Assembly: GCA_964547475.1 (NCBI GenBank)
Contig: CAZJNQ010000002.1
Coordinates: forward strand, 18,378-82,377
Reading direction: 5' to 3'
Length of the DNA: 64,000 nt
Source of the DNA: an uncultured Porphyromonadaceae bacterium
Lineage (GTDB): Bacteria; Bacteroidota; Bacteroidia; Bacteroidales; UBA12481
This document shows, one piece after another, positions 1 to 9,954 of this stretch. How positions within the stretch are numbered: position 1 is the stretch's first letter; the number at the start of each line of letters is the position of its first letter. The translations under genes were made by a program, and so were the position numbers. Below the pieces are notes generated by a model. That model had not been told where the DNA came from. It ran no database searches and saw only the letters and a list, made by a program, of their open reading frames with translations.

Positions 1-665
1 GTGGTAATATTGGGAAGTTCCGCGGATATCTTGACGTCATATTTTGTCAGGTAGCTTCCCTTTTCAATGGTAAGGGTCGAAAAAACATCGGTTTTCATGC
101 CGTTTATCTGCCATCCATAATAATCAACGGCCACATCGGAATATCGTTTATGGTTTCGGACCCGGCACAGGATACTGTCGGTCTTTTCAATGCGGGTGGC
201 CTTTTCTCCATCCCAAAAAGCCAGAGACCCTATTCCCAGCGAGGAGCCCACTTTCAATACATCGACACCCCAACCAGACAGTTCATGATAAGAATCAAAC
301 CCATCGAGGCCAATCCGATGAAGCACCAGTGAATTCACTTTCTTACCGAAAATGTCAATGGCGTTTCTCCAATCCAGATAGATCCGGTAGCCGATTTTAT
401 CCGATTCCCATCCGGGGCCTTCAAATTGAATATAAAAGGAATGATCGGTGTGTTGTTCGGGAGCTTTCAATTCAGTTACCGGTTTGAAACTACCTCCGCG
501 GTATTCAAATTGCTGATTGCCATTGGATTTAGTTACCCAGATCCAGTTTCCTCCTTCCTTTACTCCTAAAAAGGCCTGGGTCTTGTTTCCAGTTCCGGAA
601 GGTTTTTGACTGCTGCATGAAACCAATCCGAGTAAGCAGGCTGCCAGGAAAAATAAATTCTTCAC
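1..665 (-). CDS. DUF4861-like lipoprotein of uronate/pectin utilisation loci (3' end runs off the window)
   Basis: Not in the ORF track: GTG start at 665 and no stop inside the window. Hand translation of the reverse strand gives VKNLFFLAACLLGLVSCSSQKPSGTGNKTQAFLGVKEGGNW..., a signal peptide plus lipobox LVSC. It continues ...FEGPGWESDKIGYRIYLDWRNAIDIFGKK... and the frame stays open to position 2. The family name is from memory of kduI/kduD neighbourhoods. Confidence 0.7.
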   Translation of the reverse strand, partial: MKNLFFLAACLLGLVSCSSQKPSGTGNKTQAFLGVKEGGNWIWVTKSNGNQQFEYRGGSFKPVTELKAPEQHTDHSFYIQFEGPGWESDKIGYRIYLDWRNAIDIFGKKVNSLVLHRIGLDGFDSYHELSGWGVDVLKVGSSLGIGSLAFWDGEKATRIEKTDSILCRVRNHKRYSDVAVDYYGWQINGMKTDVFSTLTIEKGSYLTKYDVKISAELPNIT

Positions 666-672
666 GATGATG

Positions 673-1848
673 CTACTTTTTAAGTTCAATTGCCGCAAGA
701 ATTACCGGTGCGACGCCCTTTGGATCGTTGTCCACTTTCCGTTCCGAGACATAGTAATTATAATCGCCCTCGCGGTAAGGATTTCCTCCCAATCCACAGG
801 CTCCGCAAGTGTTTTTCAGAACAGGGTAACCGTCATTGCCCATGATCACGAGGTTACTGATTAATGCATTAAAACCCTTACGTGCAAGCTTCAGGTATCT
901 GCCAGGCAGGTACCCCTTCTGTGCACCTTTGGCAAAAGCATAGATGATCATGGCCGATCCTGAAGCCTCCAGATAGTCGCCTTCACGGTTTCCCTGGTCG
1001 AGAACCTGGTACCAGAGCCCGGTCCGTTCATCCCGGACTTTCAGGAGTGCAGCACTTAAATCATTTAAAATGCCGATTATCCATTTGCGTTGTGGATGAT
1101 TTACCGGGAGAAGCTCCAACACATCCACTAACGCCATCATATACCAGCCTGTGCCCCGGCTCCAGAAATGCTTGGACTGACCGGTTTCAGGGTTGCACCA
1201 CCGCTGTTCCCGGCTTTCATCCCAGGCATGATACACCAGGCCTGTTTTCGGATCCAGAGTATTTCTGTAGACTTCCCTGAGTTGGAATGCTGCCTCGTCG
1301 AACCATTGTGGCTGGCCGAAAAGGTCCGCATAAGAGGCTAAGAAGGGCGAGGCCATATAGAGCCCATCCAGCCACATCTGCCAGGGATAAATTTTTTTAT
1401 GCCAGTATCCTTTGGACCGTGTTCGGGGTTGTTCTTTCATTTGAGCCAGCAGTGTTTCAGCTGCTGTCTTGTATTTTCCCATACCGGTCCGTTTGTACAA
1501 TTCGAGCATATTGAGTCCCGGACGAATCCGATCAATATTGTAATCCGTTAATTTATAGCCGATTATGTTTCCGTTCTCACCAACAAAGTAATCGATGTAA
1601 GCCTGCATGTAAGCTGAATATTTCTTGTTAATGCTTCCCAACTTGTCAATGGCCGATCCTAAAAAAGCATAATCGTACTCATATTTGGGCTTGTCGCGTA
1701 AATAGTATATGAGGCTGTCAGACCGGTTCATGACTGCATCGGCAAACAAGGTTGCCCAGTAGAATTCCTTCTGTTTAGCAGTTTTCTGGCACAATAAGCC
1801 CTCTCCCCCAAAAAAGACCATCAGCAGGATCCATACTGCAGTTTTCAT
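673..1848 (-). CDS. Glycoside hydrolase family 88/105 (unsaturated rhamnogalacturonyl/glucuronyl hydrolase type)
   Basis: 391-aa ORF with ATG at 1848 and signal peptide MKTAVWILLMVFFGG. Motifs YWHKKIYPWQMWLDGLYM, LVYHAWDESREQRW and HFWSRGTGWYMMAL are typical of YteR/UGL-like hydrolases. It is co-directional with kduD/kduI. Confidence 0.85.
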   Translation of the reverse strand: MKTAVWILLMVFFGGEGLLCQKTAKQKEFYWATLFADAVMNRSDSLIYYLRDKPKYEYDYAFLGSAIDKLGSINKKYSAYMQAYIDYFVGENGNIIGYKLTDYNIDRIRPGLNMLELYKRTGMGKYKTAAETLLAQMKEQPRTRSKGYWHKKIYPWQMWLDGLYMASPFLASYADLFGQPQWFDEAAFQLREVYRNTLDPKTGLVYHAWDESREQRWCNPETGQSKHFWSRGTGWYMMALVDVLELLPVNHPQRKWIIGILNDLSAALLKVRDERTGLWYQVLDQGNREGDYLEASGSAMIIYAFAKGAQKGYLPGRYLKLARKGFNALISNLVIMGNDGYPVLKNTCGACGLGGNPYREGDYNYYVSERKVDNDPKGVAPVILAAIELKK

Positions 1849-1875
1849 AGTGATACTTTTACAGTTTCAGGGTTA

Positions 1876-2682
1876 TCACACCGTTTTTTCGCCTTCAGGT
1901 TTACCAAGGGTAGCCAGAATACCTCCGTCCACGTAAAGAATGTGGCCATTAATAAAATCCGAAGCTTTTGAAGCAAGAAAAACGGCTGAGCCCATCAGCT
2001 CGTCTGGATTTCCCCAACGTCCCGAGGGAGTCCTGCTCAGGATGAAATTGTTGAACGGATGACCGGGAATTCTCAGGGGTTCGGTCTGGCTGGTGGCAAA
2101 GTATCCCGGTCCGATCCCGTTGACCTGGATGTTGTATTTCGCCCATTCCGTGGCCATGCTCCTGGTCAACATCTTCAGGCCTCCTTTGGCTGATGCATAG
2201 GCCGAAACCGAATCCCGGCCCAGCTCACTCATCATCGAACACATATTGATGATCTTGCCTCCGGACCTGCGTTTGATCATGCTTTTGGCCACATGTTTGG
2301 CCATAATGAACGGTCCCGTCAGGTCAATATCCAGGACCAGCCTGAAGTCAGAAACCTCCATGTCAACGATGGGAATACGCCGGATAATTCCTGCATTGTT
2401 CACCAGGATATCCACCGGAGCTACTTCTTTCTCTATCCTTTCGATGTGATCGGCTACCTGGTCTTCACGGGTCACATCAAAAACATAACCATGGGCCTCA
2501 ATGCCTAAAACGCGGTATTCCTGCAGGGCTTTCCCGGTTTTTTCCGGGGATACATCGTTAAAGACAATACGGGCACCTGCCCAAGCCAATCCCTTAGCTA
2601 TTGACATGCCCAGGCCGTGGGTCCCGCCTGTTATGAGAGCCGTTCTGCCTTCCAGGTTAAACTGTTCAAAAATCTTTGACAT
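1876..2682 (-). CDS. kduD: SDR oxidoreductase, 2-dehydro-3-deoxy-D-gluconate 5-dehydrogenase / gluconate 5-dehydrogenase type
   Basis: 268 aa. It has the NAD-binding TGGTHGLG motif, NNAGI, and the catalytic YASAK (YxxxK) motif. It lies immediately downstream of kduI. Confidence 0.8.
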   Translation of the reverse strand: MSKIFEQFNLEGRTALITGGTHGLGMSIAKGLAWAGARIVFNDVSPEKTGKALQEYRVLGIEAHGYVFDVTREDQVADHIERIEKEVAPVDILVNNAGIIRRIPIVDMEVSDFRLVLDIDLTGPFIMAKHVAKSMIKRRSGGKIINMCSMMSELGRDSVSAYASAKGGLKMLTRSMATEWAKYNIQVNGIGPGYFATSQTEPLRIPGHPFNNFILSRTPSGRWGNPDELMGSAVFLASKASDFINGHILYVDGGILATLGKPEGEKTV

Positions 2683-2706
2683 TATGCAAAATGCTAGTAG
2701 AAGTGA

Positions 2707-3543
2707 TTACATTAATTCCATGGTATCGATCACATCCATGTCGCCATAATCCAGGTTTTCACCTGCCATACCCCAAATAAAGCAGTAAGGGGAGGTGCCG
2801 GCGGCTGAATGGATACTCCAGTTGGGAGATATGACCGCTTCATGGTTGTGAACCCAGATATGCCGTGTTTCCGAAGGTTCTCCCATAAAATGGCATACCG
2901 AATGGCCTTGCGGAACATTGAAATAAAAATAGACTTCGTTTCTCCGGTCATGAAGGTGCGGAGGCATGGTATTCCAAATACTTCCCGGCTGCAATTCAGT
3001 GAGTCCCATTTGTAATTGGCATGTCGGAACCAAACCATTGACAATCAGTTTGAAAATCGTGCGTTCGTTTGAATTCTCCCGAGTTCCGACTGTCACTTTA
3101 AGAGCATCTTTAATCGATATGAGCTTGCTCGGGTATATCGTATGTGCCGGGGCTGAGTTCAGGTAAAACAAACCGGGATTGTTTTCATTCATACTGATAA
3201 ACCCGATTCTCCTGACACCCCTTCCGAGGTAGAGTGAATCCTTGCATCCGAGTTCAAAAACCTGATCATCTGCAACGATCTGTCCGGATCCACCCACATT
3301 GATAATACCCATTTCACGCCGTTCCAGGAAATACTCTGCCTTTAAATTCTCCGGTACACCCATAAAAACCGGCTGATTGACGGGCATGACGCCTCCTGCT
3401 ATAAACCGGTCCTGGTAGGAGTAAGCCAGACTGATCGAGCAGGGTACAAAAACGGATTGAAACAGAAATTCCTTTCTGAGTCTTTGCGTGTCGTATTTCT
3501 TCACATCCATTGGATGAGATGCATACATAACTTGTATTGTCAT
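2707..3543 (-). CDS. kduI: 5-dehydro-4-deoxy-D-glucuronate isomerase
   Basis: Cupin-type protein whose N-terminus MTIQVMYASHPMDVKKYDTQRLRKEFLF matches the KduI N-terminal pattern. The ORF-track start at 3570 is a TTG that lies inside the -7 promoter box, so ATG 3543 is preferred. Confidence 0.85.
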   Translation of the reverse strand: MTIQVMYASHPMDVKKYDTQRLRKEFLFQSVFVPCSISLAYSYQDRFIAGGVMPVNQPVFMGVPENLKAEYFLERREMGIINVGGSGQIVADDQVFELGCKDSLYLGRGVRRIGFISMNENNPGLFYLNSAPAHTIYPSKLISIKDALKVTVGTRENSNERTIFKLIVNGLVPTCQLQMGLTELQPGSIWNTMPPHLHDRRNEVYFYFNVPQGHSVCHFMGEPSETRHIWVHNHEAVISPNWSIHSAAGTSPYCFIWGMAGENLDYGDMDVIDTMELM

Positions 3544-3567
3544 GCTTCCGGATTTATGGTTTTCTTT

Positions 3568-3575
3568 CAAAAATA
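3568..3575 (-). promoter_or_regulatory. Bacteroidota -7 promoter box (TATTTTTG) for the kduI-kduD-GH-DUF4861 genes
   Basis: Reverse strand reads TATTTTTG, an exact TAnnTTTG. It sits in the 39-nt gap between the mnmE stop (3583) and the kduI ATG (3543). Confidence 0.55.
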
Positions 3576-3582
3576 CTGAAGG

Positions 3583-4986
3583 TTACTTTCCAATGCAAAA
3601 GTTCCTGAAGATCGAATTCAGCACCTCTTCCGAGGAAATGACTCCCGTTATTTCCGAAAGATAATGCAGGGCTTCCCGGATGTCTTGGGAGAGAAAATCG
3701 CCTGATGTGCCCGAATGCAGGCCATTCAGGGTACGAAAGAGGGCTGAGCGGGCATTGACAAGGGCTTCGTAATGCCGGGCATTGGTTATAATTACATCGC
3801 TGTCTTCCAGAACTTTAATATTGATGAGCTCAAGCAGGTGCTGTTCAAGGGCATCCAAACCCTTTCCGGTTTTGGCGGAAACAGGCAGGATTTTGTGATG
3901 ACGGTTGCCAATTAATGATTGTTCGAGCGATTGAATGATCGGGTTATCGGTATCATCGACAAGGTCAATTTTGTTTAATAAAATAATCAGATGCTGATCT
4001 TCACGGATGCGGGCTTCAATCTGTTCAATCCATTTCAGGCTCTTGTCAATGGGATCTGTGGCATCCGTCAGAGCCATAACAATTCGGGCCTTCTCAAATT
4101 GCCGGTAAGCGCGCTCGATGCCCATGGTTTCGATGGTGTCTTGAGTCTCTCGTATTCCAGCTGTATCCACAAACCTGAATTCAATGCCTCTTATATGAAT
4201 GGCATCCTCTATTACGTCGCGGGTAGTACCCGGAAGTTCGGATACAATAGCTCTTTCTTCCTTGAGCAAGGCATTGAGGAGGGTAGATTTTCCCACATTC
4301 GTTTCGCCTGCAATTGCTACCGGGACCCCCGATTTTACAGCGTTTCCGAGCTCAAAAGAGGAGGTTAGCCTGGTAAAGCGATCCAGAACTTGTTCCAGGA
4401 GTTTGACCAGCATGGTGCGGTCAGCGAATTCAACATCCTCCTCTGTAAAATCCAGTTCCAACTCGATCAGCGTAACAAAATGGAGCAAATCAGCCCGGAT
4501 TTTATCCAGTTCCTGGGTTATTCCTCCTCTCAGTTGGTCAAGCGCCAACCGGTGTGATGCCTGCCCTGAAGAAGCAACCAGGTCGGCTACCGCTTCAGCC
4601 TGACTGAGGTCAAGTTTGCCGTTAAGCCAGGCGCGTTGGGTAAATTCTCCCGGATGCGCCAGGCGAGCACCCTTGCGAACGAGAAGATTCAGGATCTCAT
4701 TCTGGATATAGGCAGATCCATGGCAGCTTATCTCGATCATATCCTCGCCGGAATAAGATTTCGGAGCTTTAAAAGCAGTGACCATGACTTCGTCGATCCT
4801 TCTCGGGCCATCAAGCAACCAGGCGTAAGCTGTCCGATTGGCTTCGAAAGTCTTGGATGTCTTTTTTGTTCCGGGCCATTCAATGACAGAATCAGCTATT
4901 TCCCATGCCTGCGGCCCAGAAAGCCGGATCAGGGCGATGGCTCCCGTACCTGACGGTGTGGATATTGCTGCGATGGTATCGTCCAT
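3583..4986 (-). CDS. mnmE: tRNA uridine-5-carboxymethylaminomethyl modification GTPase MnmE
   Basis: G1 GETNVGKS, G3 VDTAGIRE, G4 NKID, and the diagnostic C-terminal CIGK. The ORF-track start at 5034 is TTG. ATG 4986 ([13 protein letters not shown]) fits the family N-terminus. Confidence 0.93.
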   Translation of the reverse strand: MDDTIAAISTPSGTGAIALIRLSGPQAWEIADSVIEWPGTKKTSKTFEANRTAYAWLLDGPRRIDEVMVTAFKAPKSYSGEDMIEISCHGSAYIQNEILNLLVRKGARLAHPGEFTQRAWLNGKLDLSQAEAVADLVASSGQASHRLALDQLRGGITQELDKIRADLLHFVTLIELELDFTEEDVEFADRTMLVKLLEQVLDRFTRLTSSFELGNAVKSGVPVAIAGETNVGKSTLLNALLKEERAIVSELPGTTRDVIEDAIHIRGIEFRFVDTAGIRETQDTIETMGIERAYRQFEKARIVMALTDATDPIDKSLKWIEQIEARIREDQHLIILLNKIDLVDDTDNPIIQSLEQSLIGNRHHKILPVSAKTGKGLDALEQHLLELINIKVLEDSDVIITNARHYEALVNARSALFRTLNGLHSGTSGDFLSQDIREALHYLSEITGVISSEEVLNSIFRNFCIGK

Positions 4987-5128
4987 GGACCCGAAAAAAG
5001 ATTGTGTGCCGGTAAAGTACGGAATAATGCTCAAAAAGAGAAAACTGGCTCAATCAATGATAGTCAACCAATATTTATATATTCGCATATCATCAGAATG
5101 GGATCCTCAATCGTCAATCGCAAATATT

Positions 5129-5998
5129 ATGTCGGTACTGGTCAATAAGAATTCTCGTGTCCTGGTTCAGGGATTTACCGGAAAAGAAGGGACCTTCCAT
5201 GCAACCCAGATGATGGAATATGGCACCCGTGTGGTCGGAGGTACCAGCCCATGCAAAGGGGGAACCGTTCACCTTGGCAAGCCGGTTTATGAAACGGTTG
5301 ACCGTTGTGTGAAAGAAACCGGAGCCGATGTGTCGGTCATTTTTGTGCCCCAGTCTGTGGCAGGCGATGCCATTATGGAAGCCGCCGATGCGGGCATCAA
5401 GGTGATCGTCTGTATCACAGAGGGCATTCCCACTTCTGATATGGTCAAAGTCAGGATGTACCTGACAGGAAGGAATTCCAGGCTGATTGGCCCTAATTGT
5501 CCGGGTATCATCACTCCGGATGAATGCAAGGTGGGCATCATGCCGGGTTTCATACATAAAAAGGGGAATATAGGCGTGGTCAGCCGTTCAGGCACCCTCA
5601 CCTATGAAGCCGTTGACCAATTGACAAGGTTGGGCATTGGGCAGTCGACCTGCATCGGTATTGGCGGCGACCCGATCATTGGCACTACCACTTTGGATGC
5701 CCTTAAACTATTCATGGCTGATCCGGAAACTGCAGGTGTAGTCCTGATAGGAGAGATCGGGGGAACTATGGAAACGGATGCTGCCCGCTGGTATAAGGAG
5801 TGGGGCACTAAGCCTGTCATAGGATTCATTGCGGGCCAGACTGCTCCGAAAGGACGCAGGATGGGACATGCCGGAGCCATTATCGGTGGTGCTGAAGATA
5901 CTGCAGCAGCCAAAATGGCTGTCATGAAAGAATGTGGTATTCATGTAGTCGAAACCCCCGCCATGATCGGGCAGACCATGAAGATGGCAATGCGGTAG
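5129..5998 (+). CDS. sucD: Succinate--CoA ligase [ADP-forming] subunit alpha
   Basis: [33 protein letters not shown], and the phosphohistidine loop MGHAGAII. The 97-codon upstream extension in the ORF track (from 4838) is antisense to mnmE and is not conserved-looking. No sucC lies next to it. Confidence 0.93.
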   Translation: MSVLVNKNSRVLVQGFTGKEGTFHATQMMEYGTRVVGGTSPCKGGTVHLGKPVYETVDRCVKETGADVSVIFVPQSVAGDAIMEAADAGIKVIVCITEGIPTSDMVKVRMYLTGRNSRLIGPNCPGIITPDECKVGIMPGFIHKKGNIGVVSRSGTLTYEAVDQLTRLGIGQSTCIGIGGDPIIGTTTLDALKLFMADPETAGVVLIGEIGGTMETDAARWYKEWGTKPVIGFIAGQTAPKGRRMGHAGAIIGGAEDTAAAKMAVMKECGIHVVETPAMIGQTMKMAMR

Positions 5999-6044
5999 GG
6001 GTGAAGGAGTGATAAAATGATATTGTTTTAAAAATCGAAAAAAA

Positions 6045-6791
6045 ATGAAATTGCTGGATGGTAAAACAGCCCTGATTACGGGAGCCTCGAGGGGAATCGG
6101 TAAGGCGATTGCTGAGAAGTTCGCCGATGAAGGAGCCAATCTGATACTCACAGACCTGTTCTATGATGATCATGCCAAAGCGTTGGAGGAAACACTCCGG
6201 GCCAGGGGAGTAAAAGCCAAACTGTACGCTTCGGATGCAAGTAAATTCATGGATGCGCAAAAAGTCGTTGATGAGGCGATGAAAGAATTCGGAACCATCC
6301 ATATCCTGGTCAACAATGCGGGGATTACACGCGATACTTTATTGATGCGCATGACCGAGGAGCAGTGGGACCTGGTAATGACCGTCAACCTGAAATCCGT
6401 TTTCAACCTCACAAAGGCTGTTCAGCCTGTTATGCTTAAACAGCGCGATGGATCGATAATCAACCTGTCATCCATAGTCGGCGTCGGTGGAAATGCCGGT
6501 CAATCCAATTACAGCGCATCAAAAGCAGGTATCATAGGTTTTACGAAATCCATCGCCCGCGAAGTGGGCTCCCGGAATATCCGTTGCAATGCAATAGCGC
6601 CGGGTTATATCCTGACCGAAATGACCGCCAAATTATCAGAGGAGGTACTGAAGGAATGGGCTGACAGAATACCCATGAAGCGCGGGGGAACTCCTGAAGA
6701 GGTTGCCAAAGTTGCCCTGTTCCTGGCTTCAGACCTCTCATCGTATGTCAGTGGTCAGGTGATTCAAGTGTGCGGAGCCCTATTGACCTGA
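6045..6791 (+). CDS. fabG: 3-oxoacyl-[acyl-carrier-protein] reductase
   Basis: 248 aa with TGASRGIG, NNAGI and YSASKAG motifs. Overall a classical FabG pattern. Confidence 0.9.
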   Translation: MKLLDGKTALITGASRGIGKAIAEKFADEGANLILTDLFYDDHAKALEETLRARGVKAKLYASDASKFMDAQKVVDEAMKEFGTIHILVNNAGITRDTLLMRMTEEQWDLVMTVNLKSVFNLTKAVQPVMLKQRDGSIINLSSIVGVGGNAGQSNYSASKAGIIGFTKSIAREVGSRNIRCNAIAPGYILTEMTAKLSEEVLKEWADRIPMKRGGTPEEVAKVALFLASDLSSYVSGQVIQVCGALLT

Positions 6792-6811
6792 TCCGTGAAT
6801 TCGCTAACTTT

Positions 6812-6819
6812 TATTTTTG
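6812..6819 (+). promoter_or_regulatory. Bacteroidota -7 promoter box (TATTTTTG) for the 6844-10956 gene trio
   Basis: Exact TAnnTTTG, 24 nt upstream of ATG 6844. The ORF-track TTG start at 6817 is the TTG of this box. Confidence 0.55.
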
Positions 6820-6843
6820 CCTTTTTCCTTTTTCCTTCACCAG

Positions 6844-8931
6844 ATGAGCCTTCATCTTGATTCCACCTATCCTTTCTGGCTCCTGCTGCCAATAGCAGTC
6901 ATTGCTGGGTGGATCATGTGGTTTCTTTATTTCCGGATGCAATCCGGATCGCCCCTTCCTAAGGGTTCCAGGATCCTGCTGGGCATCAACCGGTTTATCG
7001 TGATCGTTTTGACCGGTTTGCTTTTCATTTCACCCTGGATCCGAACGGCCGTAAAGAAGGAAGTTAAACCGGTTTTTATTCTCGCCAGGGACAATAGTTC
7101 TTCGATGAAGGGTAGTAAGGATTCGGCAATCCTTCAGGACCTGCGCAACGATTACCTGGATCGGCTGGCCGGAATCCTGAAAAAGGATTATGAGGTTCAG
7201 GAATACCTTTTTGGAGAAAAAGCCCGCCCGGGCAGGAATTGGAATTATTCCGATTTTTTTACCCGTTCCGATGTTCTGTTCGATGAAGTCCGGCTACTGT
7301 CACAGACTCGTGATATTGGTGGCATGATTGTGGTCACGGATGGCGTTGTAACCCGAGGCAAGAGTTTTTCGGAAGCTGCCAGGAACTTCCCAATTCCTGT
7401 GTACTTTTTAGCCACCGGAGACACAAGCCGACTACCCGATCTGTCCATCCTTGAGATTGCCACAAACGAATGGGTCAGGAGAAACAGCCTGTTTCAGGCC
7501 AGGATCTATTTTAAATTGGAAGAATGGCCGGATGATCCCGTCAGGATCCGGATTACCGGCCGGGAAGGAGTACTGGCAGAAAAGGATGTTGAAGTTGGTG
7601 ATCAAACTGAATTGTACGCCGACTTTGAAATCCAGGCTCCTGATCATGGAACTTTGGAACTGAAGGCAGCAATCCTTTCCGGTTTACCCGAAAAAAATGT
7701 AGAAAACAACCAGCGATCGTTCCGTGTGCACGTGATTGGCGAGGATGCGCAGGTTATGGCTTTGTATGAAGCACCCCATCCCGATCTCGCTGCAATTGAA
7801 AAGGCTTTGGGCGGCTTACCGCAAGTGGTTATTGAAGCACGCCAGGCTGGGGATTTCGATACCATTCCAAAAAGTTGTAACTTGTTGATATTCCATGGTC
7901 TACCTTCGGTGATACACCCGGTTAAGCAAGTCCTCGGGATGGCCCGTCTACGCAAGATACCGATGATGTTTATTATGACTGGATCGACTGAGCCCGGTTT
8001 ATCGGAAGAGTTAAGTATGAATCTATCCGTCGGTAGTCTCAGGAAAGAACCCGAGCCGGTGCAGGGAGTTTTATCGCAAGGCTTTACGTTATTTACCCTA
8101 CCGGAGGATTTTACTGAGCATCTCAAAGCATGGCCACCCCTGTACGTTCCATTTGAATCATACGCTCCTGCTTCCAGCGTAACTAACATGGTGACTCAAA
8201 GAATCGGCAGCGTCGAACTGCCTGATCCGCTCATCCTTTTTTCCCGACCGGAAGATTCAAAGCTTGGGATTATCACAGCTGAAGGGATCTGGATGTGGCG
8301 GATGCATGATTACCTTGAATTCGGTGATCACCGTGTTTTCGATGAGATGGTTGCCAGGATCATTCAATACCTGCTACAGGATGAGCAAAAGGACCACTTC
8401 TCGGTGACTTTCCCGCAGGACGTGAACGAGTACATGAATATCAGAGTTACGGCAAGGCTTATCAATGAATCCTTTGAATCCGTCAATCAACCGGATGTAA
8501 CGCTCAGCATCGCAAACTCAGCAGGACAGGTTTTTGAGTACCTGATGGGGCGGAGTGCCGATTATTATGAGTTGAACCTTCCTGGATTTCCTGCCGGGGA
8601 TTATAATTATGAGGCCATCACTCAAATGGGTCCGGAAAAGTATTCCGACCAGGGTCTTCTGAGAATCGTTTCCCTGTATCAGGAACAAAAAGATCCGGTT
8701 GCTGAGCATGGAGATCTGAAGCTTGTTTCCTATATTACCGGAGGAGGTTTTTATGTTGAATCAGAAGTTGATGGATTTTTACATGACATGGGAAAAATCA
8801 AACCCCCGGAAAAATTACTCCGGCCGGAATACAAATGGTATGACCTGATCAATCTTGCCTGGCTTTTCGGTTTGCTGGTGCTTTTCCTGGCTTTGGAGTG
8901 GTTTTTCAGAAGGTGGTATGGTACACGTTAA
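6844..8931 (+). CDS. Large membrane protein with BatA-type N-terminal double-TM anchor, VWA-like region and C-terminal TM anchor; function unknown
   Basis: PFWLLLPIAVIAGWIMWFLYF and ILLGINRFIVIVLTGLLFISPWI form an aerotolerance-regulator N-terminal type hairpin. A MIDAS-like strand VFILARDNSSSM and GGMIVVTDGV follow. The C-terminal TM is LINLAWLFGLLVLFLALEWFF. Confidence 0.8.
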   Translation: MSLHLDSTYPFWLLLPIAVIAGWIMWFLYFRMQSGSPLPKGSRILLGINRFIVIVLTGLLFISPWIRTAVKKEVKPVFILARDNSSSMKGSKDSAILQDLRNDYLDRLAGILKKDYEVQEYLFGEKARPGRNWNYSDFFTRSDVLFDEVRLLSQTRDIGGMIVVTDGVVTRGKSFSEAARNFPIPVYFLATGDTSRLPDLSILEIATNEWVRRNSLFQARIYFKLEEWPDDPVRIRITGREGVLAEKDVEVGDQTELYADFEIQAPDHGTLELKAAILSGLPEKNVENNQRSFRVHVIGEDAQVMALYEAPHPDLAAIEKALGGLPQVVIEARQAGDFDTIPKSCNLLIFHGLPSVIHPVKQVLGMARLRKIPMMFIMTGSTEPGLSEELSMNLSVGSLRKEPEPVQGVLSQGFTLFTLPEDFTEHLKAWPPLYVPFESYAPASSVTNMVTQRIGSVELPDPLILFSRPEDSKLGIITAEGIWMWRMHDYLEFGDHRVFDEMVARIIQYLLQDEQKDHFSVTFPQDVNEYMNIRVTARLINESFESVNQPDVTLSIANSAGQVFEYLMGRSADYYELNLPGFPAGDYNYEAITQMGPEKYSDQGLLRIVSLYQEQKDPVAEHGDLKLVSYITGGGFYVESEVDGFLHDMGKIKPPEKLLRPEYKWYDLINLAWLFGLLVLFLALEWFFRRWYGTR

Positions 8932-8943
8932 AATAATCAGTTC

Positions 8944-9951
8944 ATGAAAAGGTTTGTTCCTGTTTTTATTTTTATAGCAGTCTTCACCTCCTGCCAGTTG
9001 CAGAGGGTTACCGTCGATCTGTATTCACCTCCCAAACTGGAATATCCGCCTGAATTGCGAAGCCTGATGGTAACTTCGCGGTACGTGCCGGCAACAGGCA
9101 TATACGAAGATGTGCAATGGGGCTCTTATGAATCGGTTGACAGCGTGAAGTGGGCCTTGGCTGAGTCACTGGTTGATTCGCTGGCAGCAAGAATAGTGGA
9201 AGGTAACCACTTCCTGGTTAAAATAAGGCACTATCCAAGGATGCTACGCAATAACACTGATAGCCTGCCCGAAGCTTTGCCCTGGGAAGGCATGGTTTCA
9301 CTGGCAAAAAAGGAGTTTGTGAGAGGAATCCTGGTTCTTGAAGGTTTTGATATCCGGTATAAGGAGGAGACAGTATCTATACCTGACAAAGGATTTATCG
9401 CCACGTTGCGGGTGGAAGTGATCCTGGCCATCAGGGTATATGAGCCGGAAAAACGGCGCCTTGTGGATGAGAAGATTTATACCTTTTCTAAGAGTTTCAA
9501 GTCCACAGGCAAGTCACCTTCAGAGGCCCGTTCGGATTTGCCTGACACCCATACTTCCGCTGTCTTTGCCTGCAGTCAGGCGGCAGCTGATTATGCTGAA
9601 TTGATCAGGCCGGATGTCATAACAGGCGACAGAGTCTACTATTCAAAAGGTGACAGCCTGATGAGGGTTGCTGACTCGGCTGTTCAGGCAGGTAAATGGG
9701 GCCGGGCAGAAGCGAAGTGGAATTATGAAGCTTATAATGCAAAGGATTCACTAACCCGGGCAAAAGCATCGTTCAATATGGCCCTGGCTTGTGAAATGGA
9801 CGGACGCCTGAACCAGGCGGTCGGATTTGCCCGCCGCTCTGAAATGATCCGTCCCGATAAAAAAACACGCGAATACATCACGCTGCTTGAGGCAAAATTG
9901 GCTGAGTACCGGAAAAGGGTTGAGAACGGAGAGATTATTCGCAATTGGTAA
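8944..9951 (+). CDS. Lipoprotein with C-terminal TPR-like hairpin, paralog of the next gene; function unknown
   Basis: Signal peptide plus lipobox (IFIAVFTSC). The C-terminal GKWGRAEAKWN...AKASFNMALACEMDGRLNQAVGFARRS aligns with the next ORF. The gap to the upstream gene is 12 nt. Confidence 0.8.
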   Translation: MKRFVPVFIFIAVFTSCQLQRVTVDLYSPPKLEYPPELRSLMVTSRYVPATGIYEDVQWGSYESVDSVKWALAESLVDSLAARIVEGNHFLVKIRHYPRMLRNNTDSLPEALPWEGMVSLAKKEFVRGILVLEGFDIRYKEETVSIPDKGFIATLRVEVILAIRVYEPEKRRLVDEKIYTFSKSFKSTGKSPSEARSDLPDTHTSAVFACSQAAADYAELIRPDVITGDRVYYSKGDSLMRVADSAVQAGKWGRAEAKWNYEAYNAKDSLTRAKASFNMALACEMDGRLNQAVGFARRSEMIRPDKKTREYITLLEAKLAEYRKRVENGEIIRNW

Positions 9952-9954
9952 GCA

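Noticed and set aside
4838-5128. 97-codon N-terminal extension of the sucD ORF
   Set aside because: The extension overlaps the 5' end of mnmE in antisense and has no SucD-like sequence. The conserved SucD N-terminus ([21 protein letters not shown]) begins at ATG 5129.
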